From the sequence record SRR31156797_1198: a stretch of 64,000 bases of DNA; one strand, given 5' to 3'. The position numbers and the translations under genes were made by a program. The notes beneath the pieces were generated by a model, which was given only the letters and a program-made list of their open reading frames with translations, was not told the origin of the DNA and ran no database searches. This document shows, one piece after another, positions 27,876-40,920 of the stretch; position 1 is the stretch's first letter, and every line of letters starts with the position of its first letter.

Positions 27876-29614
27876 ATCTTTTGACTCAATATTTAAAACC
27901 CTATATCGGCCGCATTTCCCTTGGCGTCAGCATCAAATTCTTCGGGTCATTGATGGACTTGCTATTGCCTTGGATTTTGGCGTATATCATTGATTCTGTG
28001 ATTCCCACGAAGCAAGTATCAGCGATTTTTGCTTGGGGCGGGGCGATGGTGGTCTGCTCCATCATCGCAGTTGTCACCAATATCATCGCCAATCGGATGG
28101 CCTCTAGTGTTGCTCGCGATACCACCGGTAGTATTCGCCATGATTTATTTGAAAAAGTTTCCTATCTGTCGATTCCGCAAGTCGAAGAAGTCGGGATTCC
28201 TTCCTTGGTGTCTCGCTTGACGACAGACACTTACAACATCCATCAAACGGTAGGGATGATCCAGCGGATGGGGATTCGTGCCCCGATTCTGTTATTAGGG
28301 GGAATCATGATCACTGCTACATTAGATCCCGTTTTGACACTGGTCTTAGTAGGCGTCTTGCCCTTCACTTTAGTGGCAGCAGTCACCATCTCCAAACGGG
28401 GGATCCCTTTGTTCGCCTCATTGCAAAAGCAAGTGGATGTGTTGGTACGAACTGTCCGTGAAAATGTGACTGGGGCTCGGGTGATCAAGGCCTTGTCCAA
28501 AGCAGATTACGAGAAAAAACGCTTTGACCACGTCAATCAAGACGTAGTAGCTGCGGAAACCACTGCTAATCGAACGATGGCTGCGACACCACCCCTGATG
28601 GACCTCTTCTTGAATATCGGGTTGACATTGGTGATCGTTGTCAGTGCCTTTCGCGTCAATCAAGGGTTGACCCAACCAGGGGTCATCATCGCCTTTTTGA
28701 CCTATTTTACGATCATTTTGAATGCCATGCTCAGCATCACGCGCATCTTTGTAATCGTGTCGAAGGGGCTGGCTTCTGCCGATCGGATCCAATCCGTCTT
28801 GCGCCTGCCGCAAAATATGCAAGTCATTGAGGCGCCTGTCAAAGAAGAGTCGGCGCATATCGTTTTTGAAAAAGTTTCCTTCACTTATCCTAACGGTACC
28901 CGGGTGCTGAAAGACATCGATTTCTCCTTGCAGCCGGGAGAAACCTTAGGGATCATCGGTGCGACTGGTAGCGGAAAATCAACGATCGTCAAACTACTGC
29001 TGCGGCTCTATGACCCAACGAAGGGCATGATTCGCATCGCTGGTCGCGACATTCGCTCCATCGATCCCACGGAGCTGCATCAGTTATTCGGTGTCGTCTT
29101 ACAAAAAGACGTGCTTTTTGCGGAAACGATCGAAGAAAATATCGCCTTTGGCCGGCGGTTTTCCAAAGAGCAGATCGAAGAAGCGGCGGCTCGCGCCCAA
29201 GCCAAGGAGTTTATCAATCAACTGCCCAAGCGCTTAGCTCATCCACTGCATGCCAAAGGCAGCAATTTAAGCGGCGGTCAAAAGCAGCGGGTCTTGTTAT
29301 CGCGGGCATTGGCGGGGGATCCAGAGATTTTGATTTTGGATGATTCTGCCAGTGCGCTGGATTATCGAACCGACGCTCAGTTGCGCAAGGTCCTGAAACA
29401 GCAGTTTCAACAGACGACGACGGTCTTGATCGCGCAGCGGATCAGCTCGATCCAACATGCCGACAAAATTTTGGTACTGGAAAACGGGCAAATGAACGGC
29501 TTTGGCAGTCACCAAGAATTACTAGCAGATAATGCGATCTACCAAGCCATTTATCAAGGTCAGACAGGAGGTGCCTATGATGCCGAAGAAAAAAACGGAA
29601 AAACCGCAGGATAG
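27872..29614 (+). CDS. Heterodimeric ABC exporter, subunit 1
   Basis: TMD plus NBD with GATGSGKS, LSGGQKQR and a degenerate Walker B (LDDS). Confidence 0.92.
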   Translation: MNLLTQYLKPYIGRISLGVSIKFFGSLMDLLLPWILAYIIDSVIPTKQVSAIFAWGGAMVVCSIIAVVTNIIANRMASSVARDTTGSIRHDLFEKVSYLSIPQVEEVGIPSLVSRLTTDTYNIHQTVGMIQRMGIRAPILLLGGIMITATLDPVLTLVLVGVLPFTLVAAVTISKRGIPLFASLQKQVDVLVRTVRENVTGARVIKALSKADYEKKRFDHVNQDVVAAETTANRTMAATPPLMDLFLNIGLTLVIVVSAFRVNQGLTQPGVIIAFLTYFTIILNAMLSITRIFVIVSKGLASADRIQSVLRLPQNMQVIEAPVKEESAHIVFEKVSFTYPNGTRVLKDIDFSLQPGETLGIIGATGSGKSTIVKLLLRLYDPTKGMIRIAGRDIRSIDPTELHQLFGVVLQKDVLFAETIEENIAFGRRFSKEQIEEAAARAQAKEFINQLPKRLAHPLHAKGSNLSGGQKQRVLLSRALAGDPEILILDDSASALDYRTDAQLRKVLKQQFQQTTTVLIAQRISSIQHADKILVLENGQMNGFGSHQELLADNAIYQAIYQGQTGGAYDAEEKNGKTAG

Positions 29615-31346
29615 CAAGAAAACACTCCGCCGTTTGTGGAGCTATCTCTACGAGTACAAAGGACTCCTGTTGGCAGCCGCTATTTTAATGATGGTCAGCA
29701 ACATCTTCGCCTTGGTGGGCCCGTTGCTTTCCGGGTACGCCATTGATGCCATTCAACCGGGTCCCGGCAAGGTCATTTTTGACCGAGTCTTCTTTTATTG
29801 TGGGCTGATGCTGCTGTTTTATCTTGCGTCTTCCCTTCTTAGTTATCTGATTTCGCTCATGATGATCCGCTTGAGTCAGCGGGTGGTGGCAGCGATGCGT
29901 AAGGCGATTTTTGATAAAATCACCGAACTGCCGGTGGGGTATTTTGACCGAGTCGCCACTGGGGATATCATCAGCCGCATCAGTTATGATGTCGATACCA
30001 TCAATACGTCATTGGCCAGCGATGCCATTCAAGTCCTCAGCAGTCTTGTGACGATCATTGGTTCGTTTGTGATGATGGTTTTGATTTCGCCGCTGCTGGT
30101 GCTGATTTTTGTCGTAACGGTTCCCGCTTCGATCTTTTTGACCCGCTTTTTGATGAGCAAATTTCAACCATTGTTTCGCCGTCGTTCTCGCAAATTAGGC
30201 GAACTGAACGGCTTTGTGGAAGAGATTATTTCTGGTCAGCAAACGATCAAGCTGTATAACCAAGAAGAAGCGATCATCAGCCGTTTTGACGAAAAAAACC
30301 AAGAAGCGGTGGATGCCTATTACAATGCCGAGTACTACGGCAGTATGACTGGTCCTTCCATCAACTTTATCAACAATCTGTCATTGTCCTTGATCAGTAT
30401 GTTTGGCGCCTTGCTGTTTTTGTTCGGTCATCTGACATTAGGGAATGTTTCTTCCTTTGTTCTTTACTCCAGAAAATTCTCAGGACCAATCAATGAGTTA
30501 GCCAACATCTTCAGCGATTTGCAATCGGCATTGGCGGCGGCAGAACGGATCTTCCGTTTGCTGGATGAAGAACCGGAAGTTTCTGATGTTCCTGGAGCCT
30601 ACGAATACCATGAGGTGTCTGGTGATGTCGCCTTTGACCACGTGACCTTCGGCTATCAAGCACAGCAGCCCATCATCAAAGACCTTTCGTTGGAAGTACC
30701 GGCTGGCAGCTTGGTCGCGATCGTCGGACCGACCGGAGCCGGGAAAACCACCATCGTGAACCTCTTGATGCGGTTTTATGACCCTGACCAAGGAGCGATT
30801 CGGTTAGACGGCAAAAATATCCGCCAAGCGACACGCCGCAGCTTACGGCAAAGCTATGCGATGGTGCTGCAAGACACGTGGCTGTTCACGGGAACGATTT
30901 TTGAAAATTTGGCCTACGGCAAGGCGAATGCGACGATGGCAGAAGTCCAAGCTGCTGCACAAGCCGCCCATATCCATGACTTTATTATGAGCCTGCCAAA
31001 AGGCTATGATACTTTGATTTCTGAAGACGGGACCGGTATTTCACAAGGGCAAAAACAACTATTGACGATTGCGCGAGCAATGCTGTTAGATGCCGATCTG
31101 CTGATTCTTGATGAAGCCACATCAAATGTCGACACGCAAACGGAGCTGCTGATCCAAGCAGCGATGACCAAATTGATGAAAGGCAAAACCTCCTTTGTGA
31201 TCGCCCATCGCTTGTCCACGATTCGACATGCCGACACGATCCTCGTGGTGGAACAGGGCAATATCGTAGAGCAAGGGACCCACGAAGAGTTAGTAGCCAA
31301 AGAGGGGCGTTATGCCGCACTCTATCAGGCACAATTTGACGCATGA
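29577..31346 (+). CDS. Heterodimeric ABC exporter, subunit 2
   Basis: GPTGAGKT, non-canonical signature ISQGQ, LDEATS, AHRLSTI. Confidence 0.92.
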   Translation: MMPKKKTEKPQDSKKTLRRLWSYLYEYKGLLLAAAILMMVSNIFALVGPLLSGYAIDAIQPGPGKVIFDRVFFYCGLMLLFYLASSLLSYLISLMMIRLSQRVVAAMRKAIFDKITELPVGYFDRVATGDIISRISYDVDTINTSLASDAIQVLSSLVTIIGSFVMMVLISPLLVLIFVVTVPASIFLTRFLMSKFQPLFRRRSRKLGELNGFVEEIISGQQTIKLYNQEEAIISRFDEKNQEAVDAYYNAEYYGSMTGPSINFINNLSLSLISMFGALLFLFGHLTLGNVSSFVLYSRKFSGPINELANIFSDLQSALAAAERIFRLLDEEPEVSDVPGAYEYHEVSGDVAFDHVTFGYQAQQPIIKDLSLEVPAGSLVAIVGPTGAGKTTIVNLLMRFYDPDQGAIRLDGKNIRQATRRSLRQSYAMVLQDTWLFTGTIFENLAYGKANATMAEVQAAAQAAHIHDFIMSLPKGYDTLISEDGTGISQGQKQLLTIARAMLLDADLLILDEATSNVDTQTELLIQAAMTKLMKGKTSFVIAHRLSTIRHADTILVVEQGNIVEQGTHEELVAKEGRYAALYQAQFDA

Positions 31347-31477
31347 TCCATAACTAGTCCGCATCCGTACAAGGAGTAACCCACTGCTTGTACGGATGTT
31401 TTTTGTGTGCCATCGGCTTTCTTGGCACAGGTACAAAATCTTCTTATGACAAATCAGGCAATTATCGGTATACTTAA

Positions 31478-32950
<1,473 letters not shown>

Positions 32951-33114
32951 CCTCCTAAAGCCAATACCTGAATAAGCGAAACGACCCCTGCAACGGCAGT
33001 GATCGTTTCTTAGAAAAAAGTACGTTCCACCTGTAGCGACCGCCCAAAGGTAGACCAAAATTCTCGCTTTTTGGGCCGCTTCAAAGGAGAACGTCCTTTT
33101 TTTGAGTATTATCG

Positions 33115-33163
33115 TTGACAAGTGTAAACGATAATTGTAAAGTAGAAGAAGATTACAACTGTA
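33115..33163 (+). promoter_or_regulatory. copA promoter with cop boxes (CopY-type operator)
   Basis: TTGACA-N17-TAAAGT, with GACAagTGTA (33117-33126) and TACAacTGTA (33154-33163) matching TACA-N2-TGTA. Confidence 0.8.
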
Positions 33164-33212
33164 AACATAAAAGGTGAATGGGTTTGCATAGCAAGCAAGG
33201 AGGAAGGAAACA

Positions 33213-35675
33213 ATGATCGAAAAGAATTATGGGGTAAAAGGGATGACCTGTGCGTCTTGTTCCCAGACAGTCGAAAAAACAGTCAGCAAGCTGGCGGGGG
33301 TCGACCAAGCAGCTGTCAATTTGGCTACTGAAAAATTACATATTCGTTATGATGAGCAGCAGCTCACCGAAGAAACACTCGCTGAGGCCATCAAAGCAGC
33401 GGGCTATCAACTGATCGGCTCTCAAAGACAAGAGACCTTTGCCATCTCGGGCATGACCTGTGCGTCTTGTGCCCAAACAGTAGAAAAAGCTGTCCAAAAA
33501 TTAGCGGGTGTGGAGCAAGCCTCCGTCAATCTGGCGACAGAAAAACTGACGGTCAGCTATCAACAAGATCAAGTGACCGCCGCGAAGATCGCAGCTGCCG
33601 TGAAAGAGGCGGGCTATGACGCACAGCTGCCGACCGCTTCTGCCGACAAGGCGGATTCAAAACAGGCAGAGATTCGTGCTTTATGGCAACGGTTTTGGCT
33701 TTCGGCGCTCTTTACGATCCCCTTGTTCTATTTGACGATGGGGGAAATGATCGGTTTGCCGATCCCTGGCTTTTTAGATCCAATGGCCTATCCAGTCAAT
33801 TTCGTTACCACTCAATTGATTTTAGTCTTACCGGTGATGGTCCTCGGTCGCGCCTTTTACATTGCTGGTTTCAAAGCGCTTTGGAAAGGCCATCCTAACA
33901 TGGATTCCCTCGTCGCATTGGGAACCAGTGCTGCCTTCTTTTATAGTATTTATGGGACCGTGATGGTCTACCTGGGCACGACCCACTATGCGATGCACTT
34001 GTACTATGAAACGGCCGCCGTTATTTTGGCATTAGTGACCTTAGGAAAATACCTTGAGTCGGTCTCAAAGGGCAAAACCTCCGAAGCCATCAAGAAGTTG
34101 TTGGATCTCGCACCGAAAAAAGCCCGTGTGCTTCGCGGAAGCGGGAATCAAGCCGAAGAAGTCGAAGTGGGTATTGAAGAAGTCGCAGCCGGCGATATCT
34201 TAATCGTACGACCTGGTGAGAAGATTCCTGTGGATGGGATCGTTACCCAAGGACGCTCTGCCATCGATGAATCAATGATCACCGGAGAAAGCTTACCTAT
34301 CGAAAAACAAGTCGGTGATCGGGTGATCGGCGCCAGTATCAACAAAAATGGCTCGTTTCAATACGAAGCCACCAATGTGGGAGAAGATTCAACGTTGGCG
34401 CAAATCATTCAGTTAGTAGAAAATGCCCAAGGCTCCAAAGCGCCGATTGCCCGCATGGCTGACAAAGTTTCGGGTGTGTTTGTCCCGATCGTCATGGTCT
34501 TGGCGGTTTTTGCAGGACTTGCCTGGTTTTTCTTAGGACAAGAAACCTGGATCTTCTCATTGACCATTACGATTTCTGTATTAGTGATTGCTTGTCCGTG
34601 TGCCTTAGGATTAGCGACACCGACCGCCATCATGGTGGGTGCGGGCAAAGGGGCAGAAAATGGCGTCTTGATCAAAAGCGGCGATGCGTTAGAAACAGCT
34701 AGAAACGTGACGACGATCGTCTTTGATAAAACCGGCACAATCACAGAAGGCAAACCAGTCGTAACCGATCTCCTGCCTGCCGGCAACCACACGCCGACGG
34801 AATTGCTGCAACTGGCGGCTTCTGTTGAAAAAGGCTCAGAACATCCATTAGGCGAAGCCATTGTGATCGAAGCCCGCACGCAAGCGCTCGCCCTGCAAGA
34901 AGTTGACGGGTTTGAAGCGATTCCGGGGCATGGGATTCAAGGCACGATTGCTGGCAGTCCAGTCCTATTAGGCAACCAGAAATGGCTGGAAAAACAAAAC
35001 GTTGCCATCGATGGCCTGATCGAGCAAGCCCAACAATTGGCTCACGAAGGGAAAACACCGATGTATGTTGCCAAAGACGGCGAAGCGATCGGGATCATCG
35101 CTGTGGCAGATACTATCAAAGAAAGCAGTCGAAAAGCCATTGAGCGGTTGCATCAAATGGGCTTGTACGTAGCAATGATCACTGGCGACAATGCTCGGAC
35201 AGCCCAAGCCATCGCCAAACAAGTCGGTATCGATGAAGTAATCAGTGACGTCTTGCCAGAAGATAAAGCCGCCAAAGTAGCCGGCCTGCAAGCCAAAGGC
35301 CAAAAGGTTGCGATGGTAGGTGACGGGATCAATGATGCGCCGGCGTTAGCCCAAGCCGATGTAGGGATCGCGATTGGCTCTGGTACCGATGTCGCCATCG
35401 AATCGGCAGACATCGTACTGATGCGCAGCGATCTGATGGACGTCCCATCAGCGATCGAGTTAAGTCGGGCAACCATCAAAAACATCAAAGAAAATCTTTT
35501 CTGGGCTTTTGCTTATAACGTCTTAGGCATTCCTGTCGCAATGGGTGTGTTGCATCTTTTCGGCGGCCCCTTGCTCAATCCAATGATCGCCGGGGCGGCC
35601 ATGAGCTTCAGCTCGGTATCCGTTTTATTAAATGCCTTGCGGCTGAAACGATTCCAACCCTCAGCGAAAAAGTAA
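33213..35675 (+). CDS. copA: Copper-translocating P1B-type ATPase
   Basis: Two GMTCASC metal-binding domains, [21 protein letters not shown]. Confidence 0.95.
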   Translation: MIEKNYGVKGMTCASCSQTVEKTVSKLAGVDQAAVNLATEKLHIRYDEQQLTEETLAEAIKAAGYQLIGSQRQETFAISGMTCASCAQTVEKAVQKLAGVEQASVNLATEKLTVSYQQDQVTAAKIAAAVKEAGYDAQLPTASADKADSKQAEIRALWQRFWLSALFTIPLFYLTMGEMIGLPIPGFLDPMAYPVNFVTTQLILVLPVMVLGRAFYIAGFKALWKGHPNMDSLVALGTSAAFFYSIYGTVMVYLGTTHYAMHLYYETAAVILALVTLGKYLESVSKGKTSEAIKKLLDLAPKKARVLRGSGNQAEEVEVGIEEVAAGDILIVRPGEKIPVDGIVTQGRSAIDESMITGESLPIEKQVGDRVIGASINKNGSFQYEATNVGEDSTLAQIIQLVENAQGSKAPIARMADKVSGVFVPIVMVLAVFAGLAWFFLGQETWIFSLTITISVLVIACPCALGLATPTAIMVGAGKGAENGVLIKSGDALETARNVTTIVFDKTGTITEGKPVVTDLLPAGNHTPTELLQLAASVEKGSEHPLGEAIVIEARTQALALQEVDGFEAIPGHGIQGTIAGSPVLLGNQKWLEKQNVAIDGLIEQAQQLAHEGKTPMYVAKDGEAIGIIAVADTIKESSRKAIERLHQMGLYVAMITGDNARTAQAIAKQVGIDEVISDVLPEDKAAKVAGLQAKGQKVAMVGDGINDAPALAQADVGIAIGSGTDVAIESADIVLMRSDLMDVPSAIELSRATIKNIKENLFWAFAYNVLGIPVAMGVLHLFGGPLLNPMIAGAAMSFSSVSVLLNALRLKRFQPSAKK

Positions 35676-35698
35676 ACGAAGCAACGAATGCACCAACA

Positions 35699-35750
35699 AA
35701 AAGACCTGCCCACGGTTTCTGATGGAAGAAAATCGTGGGTAGGTCTTTTT
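35699..35750. terminator. Bidirectional terminator between copA and gntR
   Basis: AAAAGACCTGCCCACGG...TCGTGGGTAGGTCTTTT. Confidence 0.75.
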
Positions 35751-36465
35751 AGTGCTGGACATCTAAATAAGAGTAGGCCCGCACGTCATAACGGTTGCGA
35801 CTACGGGAAAATTCGATGGGTGAGCCATTTTTCTGATAGACGATCTGTTCGATCTCTAAGACCGGATCATCGGCTTTACAGTCCAAATACTGTTGATCGT
35901 ACGCGGTACTTTTATCAGCGGCGATGGTGCGGTAGGCGCCAGCAAACTGGACCCCTAGTTCCTCTTTGACATAACGGTAGATAGAACTTTCTAAATGGCC
36001 ACGAGTTAAATTGGGCACCAAATGGACGGGCATATAGGTATATTCTAAAATAAACGGTTGGTCTTCAAGAATCCGCAAGCGGACAATACTATAGATCGGT
36101 TGTTCTTCCGTTAACATCAACTTTTCTTGGATCGTTTGGTCAGGAAATTCGACTTGAAAATCGATGACCTGACTGACTAGCTTGCGGCCAGCTTTGCCCA
36201 TTTCCGTTGACAAGCCTTCATAGACCGTTAAAGCAGTGGTGTCTTTTTTTAAGAATGGGTGGTTCAATATTTTTGTTCCAGCGCCCCGCTGAGAATAAAC
36301 CAGTCCTTCCATGGCTAAAATACCGATGGCTTTTTTGACGGTCATCCGGCTGACTCCGAATTCCTCGACTAAATCAGTTTGATTCGGCAGTAAGCTGTCA
36401 GGCGGATACGTTTTGTTTTTGATACGTGTGCGTAAAATATTGGCAATTTCTTGGTATTTTGGCAT
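35749..36465 (-). CDS. GntR/UTRA regulator (GmuR-like)
   Basis: MPKYQEIA...LP...FGVSRMTVKKA HTH plus UTRA domain. Confidence 0.9.
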   Translation of the reverse strand: MPKYQEIANILRTRIKNKTYPPDSLLPNQTDLVEEFGVSRMTVKKAIGILAMEGLVYSQRGAGTKILNHPFLKKDTTALTVYEGLSTEMGKAGRKLVSQVIDFQVEFPDQTIQEKLMLTEEQPIYSIVRLRILEDQPFILEYTYMPVHLVPNLTRGHLESSIYRYVKEELGVQFAGAYRTIAADKSTAYDQQYLDCKADDPVLEIEQIVYQKNGSPIEFSRSRNRYDVRAYSYLDVQH

Positions 36466-36573
36466 CTGATCACCTCGCAAGAAGTATAGCTGAAAAAAGC
36501 GGTTTCGACAATCAAACCTTGGTTTTTTTATAAAAAGAACGGCTGACTGAAAAAATTCAGCCAGCCGTTGCGC

Positions 36574-37845
36574 TTAATCGATCGATGGTTCTGCTTGACG
36601 ATCTAAAACACGTAAGAATGGATACCAGATTAAGCCGACGATCACCACGTCAATGACTTGCAGCAAACCACCTAACCAAGAGTTGGTTGCTAAGACACCA
36701 CTGAAGACCACTGGAACGGTCCAAGGAACAGAAACACCAGTTGGTGCAGGAACAAGTCCAGCCGCCATCACTAAGTAGTTGAAGGTCGTTACCACAAGAG
36801 GTGCCACGACCCAAGGAATCAGGATCGTCGCATTCAAGACGATCGGCATACCGAAGATTGCTGGTTCGTTGACGTTAAAGATCCCTGGTGCTAAAGCCAA
36901 ACGACCAACATCGCGGTATTGTTTTTTCTTCAATACAAAAGCCATCAAGATAACAACTGCTAACGTCATACCAGAACCGCCTAATCCAACGGTGAAGGTT
37001 TCCATAAATGGTTTTGTGACGATATGCGGCAGTGCATCCCCATTTTGATACGCTTCTAAGTTGTCTAACATTAATGTATTCCAAATCGGGTCCATCACAG
37101 AGTTGACGATGATTTGACCATGTAGACCGAAGAACCAAAGGAATTGGACAAAGAACAAAGCCAATAGAGTTGCTGGCAAGCTGCTGCCTAGTCCAGTCAA
37201 TGGTTTTTGGATCAATTCATAAACCAAGTCATGCAAGTTGGCATTGAAGACACCCGTCATGATGGCATTGATCACTAAAAATACCGTTAAGGTGATAATT
37301 GCTGGAATCAAAGCGGCAAAAGATTTAGAAACTGCTGGTGGCACCCCATCAGGCATTTTGATCTGCCAGCCGCGTTTTGTGATGCGGCAATAGATTTCAG
37401 CTGCTAAAAATGCTGCGATCATCCCGATAAACATCCCTTTTGCGCCAAGACGATCAAGAGACAGCACGCCGGAGATCGTTTCGCCAGATTCAGTAGTCAT
37501 AAAGAAAGGAGTTAAGATCAAAAAGCTGGCAAAAGAAACGGCGCCGCCAAAAATCCCTTCCACATCATATGATTTTGATAAATAATAGCCGATACCGAAA
37601 GTAACGAAAACAGTCATGATACTCATTGTTGCATTTTGCCCATTGCCAAACAGCGTTCCTAATGTTCCTTTAGTGGCATCACTGAAGAAGGGCAGGTTGT
37701 TTAAAACGACCACGATCGATCCAAACATAGTGATTGGGAACGAAAGCATAAATGCGTCCCGCAAGACGGTCAGATAGCGATTTTGTCCTAAGGCATTCGC
37801 CAAGGGCAAAATCTTTTCAGATAACTTGTCCATAAAACCATTCAT
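36574..37845 (-). CDS. PTS cellobiose/lactose-family EIIC
   Basis: LRDAF, IKMPDGVPPAVSKSF, WFFGLHG, FNVNEP motifs. Confidence 0.92.
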   Translation of the reverse strand: MNGFMDKLSEKILPLANALGQNRYLTVLRDAFMLSFPITMFGSIVVVLNNLPFFSDATKGTLGTLFGNGQNATMSIMTVFVTFGIGYYLSKSYDVEGIFGGAVSFASFLILTPFFMTTESGETISGVLSLDRLGAKGMFIGMIAAFLAAEIYCRITKRGWQIKMPDGVPPAVSKSFAALIPAIITLTVFLVINAIMTGVFNANLHDLVYELIQKPLTGLGSSLPATLLALFFVQFLWFFGLHGQIIVNSVMDPIWNTLMLDNLEAYQNGDALPHIVTKPFMETFTVGLGGSGMTLAVVILMAFVLKKKQYRDVGRLALAPGIFNVNEPAIFGMPIVLNATILIPWVVAPLVVTTFNYLVMAAGLVPAPTGVSVPWTVPVVFSGVLATNSWLGGLLQVIDVVIVGLIWYPFLRVLDRQAEPSID

Positions 37846-37871
37846 TATTAGTTCACTCCTTAAATTTCTTT

Positions 37872-37928
37872 TTGCAATCGATTACATTGATAATGTATCA
37901 TGTTTTATTTTAAATGTCTATACATTTA
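37872..37928. promoter_or_regulatory. cre site plus GntR operator in the divergent EIIC/GH1 promoter
   Basis: TGCAATCGATTACA (cre-like) and the palindrome TAAATGT-CTAT-ACATTTA at 37911-37928. Confidence 0.7.
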
Positions 37929-38004
37929 TTTTAAAAAAGATTGATTTTTGTAACTGCTTCCTTTATGATTAGGGCAGCAAAGAAAAAATGAGGAGTGAAT
38001 GAAG

Positions 38005-39393
38005 ATGGATTATCAATTTCCAGCAGGCTTTTGGTGGGGGTCAGCCGCTAGTGGCCCACAAACAGAAGGTGTATTTGAAGGCGATGGCAAAGGGGCAAGC
38101 ATCTGGGATTACTGGTATCAGCAAGAACCAGAGAAATTTTTCAATGGGGTAGGTCCTGAAAAAACCTCGCAAGTCTACACACGCTATCAAGAAGATATTC
38201 AACTCATGAAAGAAACCGGCCATACGACGTTTCGGACGTCGATCCAATGGAGTCGTCTCTTCCCGCAAGGCAAAGGAGAAGTCAATCAAAAAGCCGTTGA
38301 TTTTTACAATGCCTACATTGATGAGTTGATCGCCAACGGGATCGAACCTTTCATGAATTTATACCACTTCGATATGCCAATGGCGCTGCAAGAAAAAGGC
38401 GGCTGGTTGAACCGAGAGACCGTGGATGCCTATGTCGCGTTTGCGCAAACCTGCTTTACGTTATTTGGTGATCGTGTCAAGAAATGGTTCACTCATAATG
38501 AACCGATCGTCCCTGTTGAAGGCGGCTATCTTTACCAGTTCCATTATCCGAATGAGATCAACATGAAACATGCAGTCCAAGTTGGGTTCCACGAAACGTT
38601 GGCGAGTGCTAAAGCCATCAAAGTCTACCATGAGATGAACCTTGGTGGGGAGATCGGCATTATTTTGAATTTGACGCCAAGCTATCCAAGAGATGAGAAC
38701 GATCCAGAGGATGTCAAAGCAGCGCAAATCGCAGATGCCTTCTTTAATCGCTCTTTCTTAGACCCTGCGGTCAAAGGCACGTTCCCAGAAGAATTAGTGA
38801 CCATCGTCAAGGAATTAGATATGGTACCAGCGATGGAAGCTGATGATTTACAAACGATTCGCGAAAATACGATCGACTTGTTGGGGATCAATTATTACCA
38901 ACCTCGTCGTATCATGAAGAAAGAATCACCGATCGATCAAGCGAAAAGTCCAATGCCAGATGATTACTTTGATAACTATGATATGCCAAACAAGAAAATG
39001 AACCCGTATCGTGGATGGGAAATCTATGAAAAAGGGATCTATGATATTTTGACAAACACGCGAGAAAACTATGGCAATATCAAGTGCTACATTTCTGAAA
39101 ATGGCATGGGTGTCGAAGGAGAAGAACGTTTCGTCAATGCTGATGGCGTGATCGAAGATGATTACCGCATCGAGTTTGTCTCTGACCACTTGAAGTATGT
39201 CCACCAAGCGATCCAAGAAGGAACCAATTGTGTTGGCTACCATATGTGGACCTGCATGGACAACTGGTCCTGGACCAATGCTTACAAGAACCGTTACGGA
39301 TTTATCTCCGTTGACTTAGCAAATGATGCTAAACGAACGGTGAAAAAATCAGGTCGTTGGTTTAAAGAAGTTTCAGATAATAACGGCTTTTAA
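38005..39393 (+). CDS. GH1 6-phospho-beta-glycosidase (GmuD-like)
   Basis: NEP acid/base, ISENG nucleophile, DNWSW.NAYKNRYG. Alternative start at 37999. Confidence 0.9.
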   Translation: MDYQFPAGFWWGSAASGPQTEGVFEGDGKGASIWDYWYQQEPEKFFNGVGPEKTSQVYTRYQEDIQLMKETGHTTFRTSIQWSRLFPQGKGEVNQKAVDFYNAYIDELIANGIEPFMNLYHFDMPMALQEKGGWLNRETVDAYVAFAQTCFTLFGDRVKKWFTHNEPIVPVEGGYLYQFHYPNEINMKHAVQVGFHETLASAKAIKVYHEMNLGGEIGIILNLTPSYPRDENDPEDVKAAQIADAFFNRSFLDPAVKGTFPEELVTIVKELDMVPAMEADDLQTIRENTIDLLGINYYQPRRIMKKESPIDQAKSPMPDDYFDNYDMPNKKMNPYRGWEIYEKGIYDILTNTRENYGNIKCYISENGMGVEGEERFVNADGVIEDDYRIEFVSDHLKYVHQAIQEGTNCVGYHMWTCMDNWSWTNAYKNRYGFISVDLANDAKRTVKKSGRWFKEVSDNNGF

Positions 39394-39639
39394 TAACAAT
39401 GGAAAAAGCAATGCTGTAGGGATCAGCATTGCTTTTTTTGTGTAAAATCGCGGATTTTTCTGTCTTGTTCCGAAGGGCATTCTCTATTAAAAAACCACCT
39501 GTTTTTGCAAATGATAAGCTGGGTTAAACAAAAGAACGGTTTTGATAAAGAAAAGACTAGACATGGAAACGTTCTCGTGGTATTCTTTAGTAGAAATCGG
39601 TTTCATTATTTTGTTTAGGGTTTGAAAGGAGAAAAAACA

Positions 39640-40920
39640 ATGGATAAATTTATTGGATTTATGGAGAAGCACTTTATTCCGATCGCTTCTAAAATAGGCT
39701 CTCAAAGACATCTAGTGGCCATTCGTGACGGATTTATCGTAACGATGCCGTTGATGATCTTAGGCTCTTTTGGTGTATTGATCAACAACTTACCAATTCC
39801 TGCCTATATTGATTTTATGAATGGCATTTTTGGTGAAGGGACATGGCAAGCCTTTGGGAACAACTTGTCAGCAGGTACTTTTTCAATACTTGGTCTGTTA
39901 ATCGCTTTCACAGTAGCGTATAATTTAGCTAAAAGCTACAATCAAGACGCATTAGGTGCTGGGGCGATCTCAGTTGCAAGTTTCTTCGCATTAGGTGCAA
40001 TGGCGACAGGCCCAGATGGTTTGTTAACAGCTGCCGGACTTGGTTCTCAAGGATTATTTTTAGCATTAATCGTATCAATCATTTCTACTGAGATCTTCCG
40101 TCGTCTAGCTGGCAACCCACGCTTAGTCATCAACATGCCTGATGGCGTACCACCAGCAGTATCACGTTCATTTGCTGCGTTATTCCCAGCAATGATCACC
40201 GTATCGATCTTTGCTTTGTTTACAGCAATTTTCCAAGCATTTGGTGTGACAAGTATCGTATTGTCCTTCTATGAATTGGTGCAACAACCATTCATGGGCT
40301 TGGCAAACTCTTACCCAGCTGCTTTGCTATTAGGTTTTATCTCTGCATTCTTATGGTTCTTTGGTTTACATGGTGCCAACATCATCGATCCATTCATGCA
40401 AACGATCAATGTGCCAGCGATCGAAGCAAACGCACGAGCATTAGAAGCAGGCACAGATTTGCCTTATATCGTCAACAAACCATTCTTTGATTCTTTCGTG
40501 AACATCGGCGGAACAGGTGCGACACTAGGTCTTTTGATTGCGATCTTCTTAGTTGCTCGTCATCATAAAGCATATATGACTGTCGCAAAACTATCCGTTG
40601 CACCAGGTGTGTTCATGATCAATGAACCAGTGATGTTTGGGTTACCCGTTGTCTTGAACCCAATCTTGTTCATCCCATATGTGTTGACACCACTTGTTTT
40701 AGTCACGACTGCTTATTTTGCAACTGCAACTGGCTTAGTTCCTGCAAGTACCGTCATCGCACCATGGACGACGCCACCAATCATCGGCGGTATTTTGTCG
40801 ACACAAAGTATTGCTGGCGGAATCTTGGCAGCTGTTAACTTGATCTTGTCGATCGTTATCTACTTGCCATTCGTGAAAATGGCGCAAATTCAAGAAACAC
40901 GCCGTTTAAAAAATGCGTAA
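39640..40920 (+). CDS. PTS cellobiose-family EIIC
   Basis: AIRDGF, MPDGVPPAVSRSF, WFFGLHG, INEP motifs. Confidence 0.92.
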   Translation: MDKFIGFMEKHFIPIASKIGSQRHLVAIRDGFIVTMPLMILGSFGVLINNLPIPAYIDFMNGIFGEGTWQAFGNNLSAGTFSILGLLIAFTVAYNLAKSYNQDALGAGAISVASFFALGAMATGPDGLLTAAGLGSQGLFLALIVSIISTEIFRRLAGNPRLVINMPDGVPPAVSRSFAALFPAMITVSIFALFTAIFQAFGVTSIVLSFYELVQQPFMGLANSYPAALLLGFISAFLWFFGLHGANIIDPFMQTINVPAIEANARALEAGTDLPYIVNKPFFDSFVNIGGTGATLGLLIAIFLVARHHKAYMTVAKLSVAPGVFMINEPVMFGLPVVLNPILFIPYVLTPLVLVTTAYFATATGLVPASTVIAPWTTPPIIGGILSTQSIAGGILAAVNLILSIVIYLPFVKMAQIQETRRLKNA

